Shown here piece after piece: positions 1 through 12,580 of a stretch of 64,000 bases of DNA. A program made the translations under genes and the position numbers. Each line of letters opens with the position of its first letter. Position 1 is the stretch's first letter. Under the pieces are notes generated by a model that was given only the letters and a program-made list of their open reading frames with translations, was not told where the DNA came from and made no database searches. The stretch is from Blasia pusilla (taxonomy: Eukaryota), in NCBI GenBank assembly GCA_050084515.1, contig CM114271.1, positions 4,836,001 through 4,900,000 on the forward strand, in the 5' to 3' direction.

Positions 1-44
1 ATGTAACGATGTGTATGCGCACGACAACCTACATAAAGAATAAG

Positions 45-1930
45 GTAGGATAGAGTGAATAAATACATGATAGTCATGGAACTTCATGTTGCCCAACTTT
101 TTCTTGGCCACATACGTTTTCAACTCCCCACAATATTATGAAGGCTTTTTTAAGGCCTTAATCCTTGAAAGGAAAATTTTTAACTCATGAGGAGAGAGGA
201 CATAATCTGGTAGAGGTGTGACAAGAGACCCTCTGCGTTTAGGATTTGGTTGAAGCCATAATGGGGTGACACTCGTCTTGCTTCCATATCTCATCTCACT
301 TTCACTGTATCTTAAAGGCCAAAGATAGTCTTCAAGATATTCTCAACAATGTTTTTTTCCATATGCATGAAATTAAATGTATGTTGAATGAGGAGATGTT
401 GATTTTTTTATCAAAGAATCAACTTTTGAATATCGAAAGACCAATCCATCATAGAGAAATAAAAGTTCATAAGCTCAATCATTCCAAGTGTAGGTTGGTG
501 GATAGTTCCCAATAAGGTAAGTCAAAGAGAAAACTCCTCCTCTTTACTCCGGTTCTTTTATACGGATCATTGGGATCGTCCTCTTGACCCCCACTCTTAT
601 CATACATGCGCTTTTCTTCTGCCCATTTCAAGATCTCCTCCACTGTGATCCTCTCAAATGATGTATTAAGCTCGCCACTACCATTAAAGTGTATGCTAGA
701 TTGTCTTTCCCTCCATAGATGATATGAAGGTACATATCTTCTATGGCCCCCAAATATCGACTTCCCACATTCCTTGATAAAATTTGAATCCATTCTTGGC
801 CCACAAATTGCGCAAATTTTGATTTCCCACTGGACTTTGCCTGCAATAGTACCATATGTTGGATAGTCGTTTATTCTCCAAAGTATCATGGCTTTGAATG
901 TAAACTCCCATGGCCCATCTGGTTTTCTAATATCATGGAGTTTAAAACCTCTCCATAACTCCATAAACTCTTCCACTAATGGACCAAGATAAGTGTTGAT
1001 ATTATTTCCACCTACACTCTCCTTCCATTGTATGAAGAGGGCAAGCACTAAAAATTGTTTGTAACCAAGGAGGTAATTCATAATTTACGAACAGTGTTGG
1101 CCATATATACCAAGAAGTCGACTTATCGAGGCTCTTGTGCCGAAGACCCTTTGCACAAAGTAGGGATTTCCCCACCTACTTAAACTTGGATTGGTCACAC
1201 TTAGGAAAAACCAAATAATCTTTCAAGTCCCCACGAAACAACACGCATCCCTTTGGACATGCATGGTAGGAATTATAAGTCATCCCAAGCTTTCTTATAA
1301 GCTTATTGGTTGCATAGTAACTAGGTGGAACATGGTCAGCAATACTAGTTTTCCAAGAAGCTTCAAATTTTCATCTATAGCAACATTGGGAACATTGTGG
1401 GTTGCAGCGGCATTGAACAACAACATCACAAAGCTAAGATTGAAGTTTTAGATCCTAGAAAAGTGGCTTACAAGCTTTAGAGAGCTCAAGGTAGTCTTCT
1501 TGCGGTGCTGGAGTGTTGTATTGGTTTGTTGAATCGTAGGGAGCACTATCTTCATCACGTTCATCATCCCTCAACTCACTATCTCTATGGCTCTCATGAA
1601 GATGGTCATATTGAGTGAACTTGTCTCTTAATATCCTTTGGACATCTATGTTGGGATCCTCTTAATTGTCGGGCTCATCTGGTGAGGATGTGGCATTGGG
1701 TAATCCATCTCGGGTCTTATTTTACCATTTTTGTTACTTGGTCCTTGAAAGACTCTCTCTGGAGAATAGACCATTCCTCATCTATGGAGTCCCATTCTTG
1801 GTTATTTCTTGGGGTTCTAAAGAGGTGAAACCGCTCAAACTTTATAAGGTGTTCTTCAACCCTATGTAGAGAGAGATAAGTCTCACCCATACATTGATTA
1901 TAGGGGCACCTAACTCTCTTTAGACCCAAC
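45..1930 (-). mobile_element. Degenerate CACTA (En/Spm) TNP2-like transposase relic
   Basis: Minus-strand fragments in the expected order: RCPYNQC...HLIKF (transposase-associated domain, 1717-1929), WPTLFVNY.LPPWL, YLGPLVEEFMELWRG...FKAMILWRINDYP (Transposase_21, ORF 479-1081), HTFNFMHMEKNI (~340-400), LGNMKFHDYHVF (~60-110). Frameshifts and stops between blocks. Confidence 0.88.
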
Positions 1931-3699
1931 TTATAAGCTAAAACCTGCTCTTTCGCTACAATTTATAATCATGTGCAAGCACTCGTTACGGATGATCAAG
2001 GGCCAATCTACCTCGGGAGGAGCTTTGCGGTATCATGGTTGCTCTAATGAACACACCGACCCAAATAAATGAACAAGGTGGATCGAACGAGAGTGGACAT
2101 ACATAGTATACACTTAGACACGCATAGAGATGAATATATATAGGTGGAAGTTTTACTGTTTCTACCAACATTCAAGTATTAAAAAAAATGGGAAAAAGAA
2201 TATGATGGGTTTTGTGTATATCAATGAGGATATCTATAGTTTGATATTTTTGAGATCTCCGGCCGGAGCTTAAAGCATTTCTCTCACATCGTCCGTCGTA
2301 CCCAATTCTCCATGATTGATAGCTCTCTGCAATTCACCTCATTTTTGGCATGAGTTGGCATGTGCTGACCAAAAACCCTTATTCATCCCATGAAAATTAG
2401 CTATACAAATCACACCATACATCGCTATTGTGTGAACGAGCTATTTATTATCACACTACATGTATTGTTGTTTCTAAGCCCATGTATAGTAATGGTTTCC
2501 CATAAGGTGGTGGGTCGACTGGGGTATGGATTATGTGAGAGTAGATAGGCTTCCTTGCAAAACTACGATGATATCACATGTCTTATAAGACATACTTGGC
2601 ACAAATCAAAGATTGAATGTTGACTTTCTCTCTAAACTTGGTATCTCGAGCAAAAAATGGGAAATCATTCCACAAGGATAACAAATAATTTCACACGTTA
2701 AAAATGCAAAAGTTTGATTTCTTTCAAATGTTCTACTTACCAAACTGAATTCTGGTGGAATCAAGTAAAAAATCCCTATTGCTTTAGGGTTTTCAGAAAA
2801 TGTTGGGATTCTTAGGTTATTGTATGTGATATCCAGACGGATGGATTTATGTTTCCATGTTGGGATTCCATAAGAATCCCAACCTATTGCTTTAGGGTTC
2901 TTTGCAGTTGGGAATGAGTGCACAATGCATATTTGCCACGATATTGATGGTACATGAGAGGCATTTATGGTGAGGATATGCTTAACTTTTTGAACCAGAT
3001 TCATAGTGTGATTAAAACAAAGGGTGCAAACATCAAATTCTCCATTGAATTATGGCATATTAGACTTGATTCCACCTTCACATTCTTTGCCCCTTATTGT
3101 CTTCACCAACATTTTTTGAAAACCCTAAAGCAATAGGCTGTTGAAGAAAATGTTGCTTTATCCTAAACCTCTACCCAATTATCCTTTTGATAGTTTTTGG
3201 GCAATTTCTTGGTATGTGCTGATGCATTTGTCTATATCTTTGGTGCGTTAAAATTTCATTTTCATAAGCTTTCCAACGCCACCTTACTTGTCCCAAATGC
3301 ATCTTGGATCTTGATGTTATGACCTAAACTACAATAAAACCCCAAACGCTAGTCAAGTTCAAATTTCGGTTCTTATCCTCTTTGGCAATCCACTCTTCTT
3401 AGACTATAATCTTCTCAAGTCTTGGTTTGCATTTGGTCCACATTTCCTGAATCGCGACCGTTAAGAAACGAAACACTGAACTTTACTCGCGTCTCACATC
3501 TCATGTTTCCTTCAAGAGACTTCTCTGATACGAATCCATGCTACTGTGAGTTTTCTAGAATCCTGATGTTTCGCATAAGCACATGTTTGGTTATTAGGGC
3601 TGTGACAACAAAGGTGCTAGATGTATGAAGAGAATAGATCATATCAGGTAGATGTGATGGCTATTTGGCATTAGGGGATCCGATTACCAATTAGAGAGG

Positions 3700-4350
3700 C
3701 AAACGCATTGTCGCGTCTTTTAGGATAGATCAGCGAGATCTAGTAGAGCGCCTTCGGAGATACTGGTGGATAGCCTCATGGGGTGAAGGATGACCTACTA
3801 AGGCCACGGGTAACCCGAGAGAGCAGGTTTCCCCTTCGTTTCGGATCATTTGGAGCCATATATAGAAACCTACTATTTTGGGTAAGTTTCAATTTGGAAT
3901 ATAGTTGAATTTCTATTTTGGGAACTAGCCCTTGACCCGCTACAACAAATCAAGAACCAAAGAGGTGACATGCAAGCAAAGATTACTGAGGAGAGAGCTT
4001 GGGAGAGGGAAGGGGGTATATCTCCAAGAGAGAGTAGTTTAAGAGCTCATTCTCTCTTTGTTGAACCTCTTGGCATGAGGCGGCGGAGCTATGGTCCTCC
4101 TTGCCTTGTGTGTGTAACCCAAACCTCTCATTACGAGAGTGGATTTCGTTTGACATGAGATAGAGAGAGTGCACACCATAGAATGCTTGGTGTGAGATGT
4201 TGATGTGAGATTGGATCGATTTATTGGAGATATTTTGGTGCTTTTCGTCTGGTTGTTTGGATGCCATGAGTTAGCATGGGATCGTGCGTGTTTATGTGTA
4301 TGTTCAATGACAACGATGTTTGTTGTGTGGCGATGTGTATACCCACGACA
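3700..4350. repeat. Dispersed repeat family A (LTR-like), copy 1
   Basis: Block atagatc..agatctagtagag.gccttcg...tttccccttcgtttcgg.tcatttg...gagctcattctctctttgttga recurs at 46200-46860 and 55825-56160, with weaker pieces near 45230-45460 and 47660-47700. Confidence 0.8.
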
Positions 4351-6532
4351 ACATGATCTTGGTGAAAATGCGTAAATATATTTTGTTCATGTGTGGATCT
4401 ACACGTGTGTCCGGAAGATCAATATTGCGTGTTGTATAAATATGACCAACAATATGAATTGTGTAATGATGTATGTACCCACGATGCGTCACTCAAAAAG
4501 CACATTTTTGGTTACTTTAGAGTGGAAAATAAAATTGAGACGGGAAGGTAGGGTGACCTGGTAGCAATAGGACCACTCATTTCCTTCCAACGGGGAACAA
4601 ATACGGGGACGGAAGAAATTGGCGTTTAGTCCACACGAGTGGACTTTATTGAATAATAATAATAACTTCTTATAAACAAAAAAATAAAAATTTGATATCC
4701 TCCGAAAGAAGACAAAAACCTCCTTCGGACGTCCCTAAAAATCGTCGTTCACAGAAACGGGAGCCGTGTGTAGGTACCCGTTTCTTCAAAAGGGCATTCG
4801 CCGTTTCCACGACTCCCCGGGGGCCTCCCAACTCCGGCAGTGAGTGGCCCTAATATCCCATCCCATAAATGCCGTGGGCAGCTTATTAGTAAGGCTAATC
4901 GAACAAGATAATTTCCTATAGCCAATTTTTTTTGACACTTCTAGTTTTATAGTCTACATTAAACGGTTATTTGAAGAGAAACTCTTAAAATTTAACATAC
5001 TTTTGTTGTGTCACAAGTAGATAGTGGCCACGCATGAAGGCCATGTGTCCCAAATTTTTTACCATCACACAAGATATTGAATGGGAAAGTCGAATAAATG
5101 GTAACAAATACTGGATAGATATATGTATTTGGATAATAATTGGAAAATAAAAAGAAAATCCATCATGGTACGAAAATGAAGGAAAGCGAAGTCAGAACTA
5201 AAAAAACGAACTAGAATTTAGAGCGCGTATTATTAATAATTCTAAGTACAAGCAATTCCCTAAGCAAGACACGTGGTTTGAAGTGGAATGCACGATGGAC
5301 GAATCCGTATGAACGAAGTAAAAATGAAGGAAAGCTGTTTAAGTAAAAAGAACTAAAAAACGAACTAAATTTAAGAAGCTACGTGGAGCGCTGCTGAATG
5401 AGGTAGCAATTATAGCACCCGGCATGTGTGTTCCCTTGACCCGTCGCTAAACAAGCCCCTTTCTTGCTTGCTTCCACTGGACGACGGACGGTCGGTCCCT
5501 ATCAAACTTGACAAGCGACTTTGGATCACGAAAGGCTGCGACAAAGATTCTAGAACCTCGCGAAGGACGGGTACGTTCTCTAATATCGGGACGACGGTAC
5601 AAGGGGTGAGTCGTATAAAAAATGATTTCGGGCGAAGCCGCGGAAGACGGTAGCAAGTGGGAGGTACGTTTAGGCTCGATCTCTGACTGAGATCGAGCCG
5701 TCGGAAAGGATCGAACGGACATAAATGCCCGCTCTTCTATCACGTGGTTACAAGTGGAGGAGATAGGGCAGGATCGACGGATGATACGGTGCCAGGTCGT
5801 AGAAGTCGCGGTCAATATTCTTGGATGCCAAGGTTCTTCCGAGGGATGGTAATTAGGACTCCAATTAAGCCGGGGCCCACCCCTAGATTAGCTTCCGCGG
5901 TGTGGGAACGGCTGGGAAATAGCCCGATTAGCGAGCGGGTGTTGAGTAATTAGGAGTCCCCGGCGTAAGACGTCGGACGCGGTTCAAGGACTCCAGCCGC
6001 AGCGCTGCCGCGGAGGCTCCCCGAGGAAGGAAGGAAGGAAGAAAGAAGGAACGTGTTTACAAGGGCGACATCGGACGGCCCATGTCCCAGGCTGGGCGGT
6101 GTCAGAGCAAGAACACCGTGAGATCAGGCGCCAGCTTGCTAGCTTCGTAACTAAGGAGCAGCTGCCGAGAGTGCTCCTGCTCTTGGCACGCTTCCCTGGC
6201 AGCCTCTCTGCCGTGCGTCTTTGTGTGTGTCGTGTCCGGGACGAGGAAGGAAGGAAAGACGAGGGGATTATTATCTGTGGAGGGCAAAGTGCGGAGAGCG
6301 CAGCGTTTGAGAAGGAGGAGGACGAGGACGAGGAGGACGAGGAGGAAGAGGAGAGGAGACGGCGAGCCGGAGCTGCAATTCGTCGCGCTGCGGTGGTGGA
6401 TTGGGGAGGAATTTGTCAGCGGGAAGGAAACCTGCACATTTCTGAGGCAGGGCAGGGCCGTTGTGAGAGGGTGGTTCAGGTAGTGTCTGTTTTTCGACGG
6501 AGCGGAGGGCGGAGAGGTTGGTGTAGAGAGGC

Positions 6533-6725
6533 GGAGGAGGAGGAGGAGGAGGAGGAGGAGGAGGAGGAGGAGGAGGAGGAGAAGAAGAAGAAGAAGAAGA
6601 AGAAGAAGAAGCAGAAGAAGAAGGAGGAGGAGGAGGAGGAGGAGTAGAAGAAGAAGAAGAAGAAGAAGAAGAAGAAGAAGAAGAAGAAGAAGAAGAAAAA
6701 GGAGGAGGAGGAGGAGAAGAAGAAG
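6533..6725 (+). repeat. Compound (GAG)n/(AAG)n purine microsatellite just upstream of the TAF15-like ATG
   Basis: About 190 nt of nearly pure A/G trinucleotide repeats with only two pyrimidine interruptions. Confidence 0.97.
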
Positions 6726-6750
6726 CACTGTGGATTGGATTGGGAGGAAG

Positions 6751-9700
6751 ATGGCGGACAGGGAAGTGCATTCGGATCACGGGGGATCGAGCGGACATCA
6801 TCACGCGCAACATTCGCATAATCACCGAGAGAGGGACTCGCACCATGAGAAGGACAGAGATAAAGAAAGGGATAGGGATCGATCTCGGGAAAGGGATCAC
6901 GAGAAGGACAGAGACCGAGGACGAGACCGGAACAGAGAAAGGGAAGTGTATGGGGATAGGAATGGGCATGGGCACGGTGTGCCGAGTAGCATTGTTCGCA
7001 TTGTCGAGAGCGGAGTGGGATTTCGGAAAGAGTCGGCATATGAGGGGGATGATGCGGATCGTGGTGACGATAACTATGATCGGGATCACAGATATGGCTC
7101 TGCAGGTTTGGCTTTTAAATCGCTCACATGGCTAATGGATCTTTCATCGATATTCCCTGGCAGTTTTCTTTTAGAACGAGCGGTTGTAGGAGGGCCAGTG
7201 AATGTTCTGTAGCTCAGCTGGTCTTCCGGGAAGTATTTAGCGCCCCTCAAATCTTTGGAATCATCTCTGCTGCTTCGTCTCGTTGAAGCAATCCCTGGCG
7301 TCTCATTGAATCAACAACTGGACCAAGAGAAAGCCTGTTTGTCACCTTTGGTTGTATTTAACTGGAGCAGTAGTTGTGGCTTGCTAGTTTTTGACTTTAC
7401 TAGCTCTTCATTTTTGCCGCCTCTGGCTTGGGTCCTTCAGCAACGATTTGGAAACGCTATTTAGTAACGCTGTTTGGACACGGATCGAAAGTTTATCCCT
7501 GCAAAGTCGGCCTTTTTCGCTGACTAGGGGCCGAGGGCTCCCAAGGCAGTCTGCAAGACATTTATCTTCGTGACCAGCTGGAGAAGCGGACTAGTCTCGG
7601 AAGTACGCGGAAGTGATGTCGTAGGGGGGAAAAGCTAGCTGTCGGTTGGACTTGGATTGCTGCTTGATTCTTCTGACAGGTTAGCGTACAACATGCATGC
7701 TCTGGGCCATGGCAGCCGGGCTGACAGGGGAGAAGAGTGCCGTGGGTTGGGGGTCGGATTCTCGCCGTAGGCAAGTCTGGGCAAGTGTCGGCAATCACGG
7801 AGAAGTCTTCTTGTCCGGTTTTGTGGTAGCCTGTTCTCTTGAGACGGTGTTTCAATTGAGCGAGCTTGGTATGTGCTTTGGACTGGACTATTGGACGGTA
7901 ATGCATTAAAGGGAGTTGCAGGTAGGCCTTAGCCTTGGGCTAGAGTAACGAGTTTGGGACAGGAGTTTATGAGGGATAGGTTTGCGCTGCTGACATTGAC
8001 GGAGCATATGCGCAACTCACGTTTCGCCTCCATATGCTGAACCTTCCCGGTGGGGCACTTGGGTTTTGTCGGCTGTAAATTCACAAAGTCGATCCACCTT
8101 AAAAAGATGGGGCTGAGCCTATGGTAATAACGTAGATTGTGAAAAAGGCCGGTTGTTGACCAGGTAATGGATTCCGATTTGTGTCGAGGGGACAAAGGTT
8201 GGATGGAAGGAAGGATGAGAACTTGTCAATTTTGTGTGCCCAGATAAAGGTGGGAAGAGCTTATGGTACGAAGCTATCTATGTGAGAATTCTGCGATATC
8301 TGTTTATCATACAATATGGAAAACCATCTGAGGGGGAGTCACTGGTAGGATCATAAGGTTTGAGAAAAGTCTGATGGGTTGAGGACGTATGTGAGCTTCG
8401 GGCAACGAAGTAGAGGGGGGTGGGGGGGGGGGGGCTGGGAAAGAGGTGGCAAGAACTGTGTACTGCATTTGGTTGTCAGTGTAGCACTGGGCCCATGGAG
8501 TGTTTGTAGGCAGGTGCTACTGCAATGAGGCAGATGAGACTCTTGAGGTTTTGGCAGCAGAGTTACTTCGAGCACTTTCTGCTGCCACAAATTAATCTCA
8601 AGTATCTCTTGTAATGTCCCAACAGCTTGATCTCACCTTCAACTTTGTTGGTTGGTTGGCATGCATTGAAGGACCTGTCAGTCCCGTCTTTCGAGATTTG
8701 TAAGCGAATCCACGCTCACAGTTGCCTCTCTGTTCCGGGTTCGTGTACATAAGTGATTGCTTTAGGTGAACCTCGAAATCGTAAAATTGTTCTAAACGTA
8801 AAATTACCCTTCAACGTTTAACAGAATACTTCCTCTGCAGGTGGTGCAAACGGGAGTGCCGGAGTAGATACCATCTTCATATCGAACTTGCCAGATACTG
8901 TTACAGAAGAAGGCTTAGCAGCATTACTCAGCGAAGCAGGAGCTATCAAGGTCGTATTCTAATTTGAACTTTTGGCCACTTGCGAATTTCTGTGCAGTCC
9001 TTCAAATCCGGGCCCTCGTGTAATTTGGAGAGATTTTAAGGCTGAACGTTGTGCGTGTTTTAAAATTCTTCGTTTTTTCTTCTAATTCGTAGATTTTGTA
9101 TTCCACAGATAGAGCGGAAATCTGGGTTACCGATACTGAAGCTGTTTAGAGACAAAGAAACAGGGGCTCAAGAAGCGGAGGTTGTTTTGGATGATCCTCG
9201 GTCTGCAACGGGGATTGTTAACTGGTTTAACGGTAATGCCGAATCCAGACTTCAATATATTTCTGTCCCATCGTGGATAAGCCGCGACCATGGTCTCTCT
9301 TCATACTTCCTGTAGTCAGCAGATCACACGACGGCCTCGTACGAACCAAAGTCACCCGGAGGCAGTTATCGAGATTTCCTTTCGTAGTCACGGGTATTTT
9401 AGAAACCGTTTGGTTTTCTGCTGTTAGGTGGGAGCAGTCTGCACTAGCAAAAGTCCGAATCCCAAGTTGATTGTGTTCTGTTTACTTGGGAATATTATTG
9501 GTCTTTCTGCAGTGGTTAACACATGCTACCAATTGTACCAGGTTACGAATACAAGGGAAGCAAGATACAAGTTTCCCTCGGCCATGCTCCTATCCCTGGC
9601 TCCAGTCCCAGCTTCCGGGACAGGCGTTCAGGCTCTTACGGAGCGGATTACGACAGAGACAGAGACGTTCCATCACGCGGTCGAGGTTACAGAGGCGGGA

Positions 9701-10903
9701 GAGGTCGGGGCAGGCATTCTGACCGTTTTGCCCATGTACCGCCCAACCTGGGAATTGGACAGGGTTTGCCTCCTTTCGGACGTGGATTTGGAGGAGGAGG
9801 TTATGGTGGGATTGTGGACGACTTCCCAGCTGGAGGAGAGAGCTTCGGCCGTAATAATCCTAACGTCACACCCAGAGAAGGTGACTGGATTTGCTCGGAA
9901 CCGACGTGCGTAGCCCTACCCCTGTTCCTTTCAAGCATTGGCCTCGTTCTTCCTAGGTCACGGAGAGCAGTTAGTCCTCGTAATCTCTGGCAGGATTGTG
10001 GCCCTGGCGTCTAAGAACGTGGGAGCCTTCGTGGTTATTGTCCCTTCATGAAAGTTGTATGCCGGAATCAGAGCTCGCTTCGGGATTTAAGAGGCTACAG
10101 AATCTTGTCACCTATGCTTCTTGTGGTTGCTCTCCGTTGAGTTCATATGCAATGCCGGGCCGGCGTCCAGCTCGCTTCCGGAATCGAAGAGTTCGGATTC
10201 TCGTGACTGACAGATGCCGCTGCGCAGGTGTGGTAATCTGAATTTCGCCCGGAGGACACATTGCAACAACTGCAACAAGCCTCGTAGGGATATGGTCCTA
10301 GGTCTCGGCGTCGGCGGGCCTCACAGCGGAGGTGGCGGTGGGGGCGGTGGGTTCCGAGGCCCTCCGCCACCATTCATGGGCGGCCCTCCTCTGGGCCATG
10401 GAATGGAGCGTGGCATGGGGGGATTCGGTGGTCCTCCCGGACCTTGGGGGGGCCGAGGAGGAGGCGGGGGTGGACCGCGAGACTTCGACCATGGATTGCC
10501 TGGGCGTCTGGGCGATCGCTTCGATCATGGTCTACCTACCCGTCTAGCTGACAGGTTGGACTTCAGGCCAGGTAGACACCCTCGAGATCGGGAGGACTTC
10601 CGTGAGCGGGAAGATTACCGCGACAGGGAGAGATTCGAAAGGCCTACTTTTGACTCCAGGGCTTTCTACGACGGTGGCGGACCCAGGGACCGGGAGAGGG
10701 AGGATCGATACCGCGAGAAAAGAAGCATGGAACGAGGGGACCCGAGAAGCGAGAGGCGATTCAGCTCTCCCTCGAGGACTCGATGGACCAGAGACATGAG
10801 GGAGAGGAGTCGGTCGCCTGTGCGCAGCTTGTCCAGGGAGTACTACAACAGGCGAGACGATAGGCGCGATGACAGAAGGGATAGAAGAGATGAGATGTAT
10901 TAG
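6751..10903 (+). CDS. FET family (TAF15/FUS-like) RNA-binding protein: RD/RE-rich N-terminus, RRM, RGG region, RanBP2-type zinc finger, RD-rich C-terminus (~542 aa)
   Basis: Exons 6751-7105, 8841-8950, 9109-9232, 9542-9905, 10228-10903, all GT-AG and frame-consistent (1629 nt). RRM reads DTIFISNLPDTVTEEGL...IKIERKSGLPILKLFRDKETG...DDPRSATGIVNWFNGYEYKGSKIQVSL, with the FUS/TAF15-type extended loop. Zinc finger [30 protein letters not shown]. Confidence 0.9.
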
Positions 10904-11194
10904 AAAAAGGGCACCCCTATTCTCTATGTATATTTCTCTCATTTCTAGGTGGTGAGGTCGTTGTCTCACCACGCCTCAGACCCTGCGCACTCTCAAGTTA
11001 CACTCCGGTGTCCTCTTTGTCGTGCGTCGCTTTCTAAGACTGCCGCCAAGTGCAGAGGGAGTCCAGTCTAGGGGAGTTTCACTTTCAGAGATATCAATCG
11101 AAATCCTCTCTAGAACGCCGAGAGCTTTGCACGAAGTAGTGAAGCACAATGTGTGAAGGATATGTTTTTGCTACCGTGATGACTGGTTTAAGCT

Positions 11195-11370
11195 ATTGCA
11201 ACGTCTCTTACCGTCACTACCACTTTTCGCTCACGTGGATTGGCGTGGCGTGCTTGCTTCTGCATTTCCCTCGATTTGGATTATGCCATTGCAACGTCTC
11301 TTACCGTCGCTACCACTTTTCGCTCATGCGTGGATTGGCGTGCTTGCTTCCGCATTTCCCTCCATTTGGA
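11195..11370. repeat. Two-copy ~90-bp tandem duplication downstream of the TAF15-like stop
   Basis: attgcaacgtctcttaccgtc.ctaccacttttcgctca...tgcttgcttc.gcatttccctc.atttgga at about 11195 and 11288. Confidence 0.9.
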
Positions 11371-12580
11371 ACGTTTAGAAGAAATGTATAACCGTTTTTC
11401 ATTGCAAAACCCTGGCTCCTTCTCGGACGGTACAATTCTCCTGGCGGATTAATCTGTCCACATCCCTGATGGATCTGCGGAGCCGTGTGAGATGCATTTG
11501 CACGTGTTCGCTTGATTACACGAATTACCATTGCTGGTTTCATTGTCTCTTCAAAATGGTTTTCCTCGACACCCGATAATTTTTGCTTAGTAGCCAATAT
11601 TTCTTACCACTTAAGTTCCGTGCGTAGTTCATACTCTCTTAAATCCGCAGAACTTAGGTGTCCGGGTTGGTAGGTCGCGTAAGTGGAAATAATAATGTCG
11701 CACTCTATCGCAATGCCAACACGATCAATGAAGTTAGTGAACTCGTCTGCAGATCGCGATGGTGTAACTGCAAAAGCAATTACACCACCAGCAACGACTT
11801 CGACTGCTTAAAAACTCCAGAAGATACGGCTACATCGCCTACACAATCAATCACGTAGGGAGAACAAGCAACGGGGAAAAATTCTCAGTCAAACCTCATC
11901 CCATAGCGACAGCTTTTCTGTGCTTCAAAATTTTCAAAAATCACAGGCGTTCTATCGTTGACAATTTCCCCTGGCCTCTTCTAGACGGGCGCGCTCTGCA
12001 ACTTCCTCAATTACTCACAGGCGTCCTCGTCGTCACCCTCTCATCTACCCTTGAGCTCCTGTCTAAAAGCGCTACTTCTGCGCATGTCATCTCTCCCAGG
12101 TCCGGAAGCTTGCGCGCTTCCCATGTAGTCCGTATATGCTCGAGTTCTCTGCTGTGGCCAACGAGGAAGCAATATACAGTCTATACGATTCTCCTCTTTT
12201 GCGAGGGAATCGTGTGGAATGGTCGTGGATCGCACTCGCACCACAAATAGTTGATGCGATGTCCATCACAGAAAGATCTATCGGTGCAGCGAGCGCAATA
12301 GTATGTAAGTACTTGAATGCATGTTCCGGGTCCACAATCTCCGTCAAAATTTTCACGCAGATCTTCTGCATTCTCGCTGCCTCGACTACGGCTTGGCTCT
12401 GAGTTTTTGCCATCCCTTGACGATGGGCACTAACCTCAACGATTGATTGATTGCTTCATGTTGTTCGTTTTCAGCCGAGTCTACTATAGATGTTTCAACT
12501 GGGCAGGGAGGCTGCGAGCACAGAGATGCAAGTCTTTGCATCTCGTGGGAGTAAGATTTTAGTCATGTGGATGCTGCCGG

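Noticed and set aside
4568-4852. Possible Tourist/Harbinger MITE with TAGG(A/G)CCACTCA termini
   Set aside because: Only a 12-bp imperfect TIR, no clean TSD, and no second full copy in the window.
6099-7089. Long poly-E/K, poly-L, poly-S/P and poly-F ORFs
   Set aside because: Products of the GAG/AAG microsatellite and of the antisense of exon 1; the supported start is ATG 6751.
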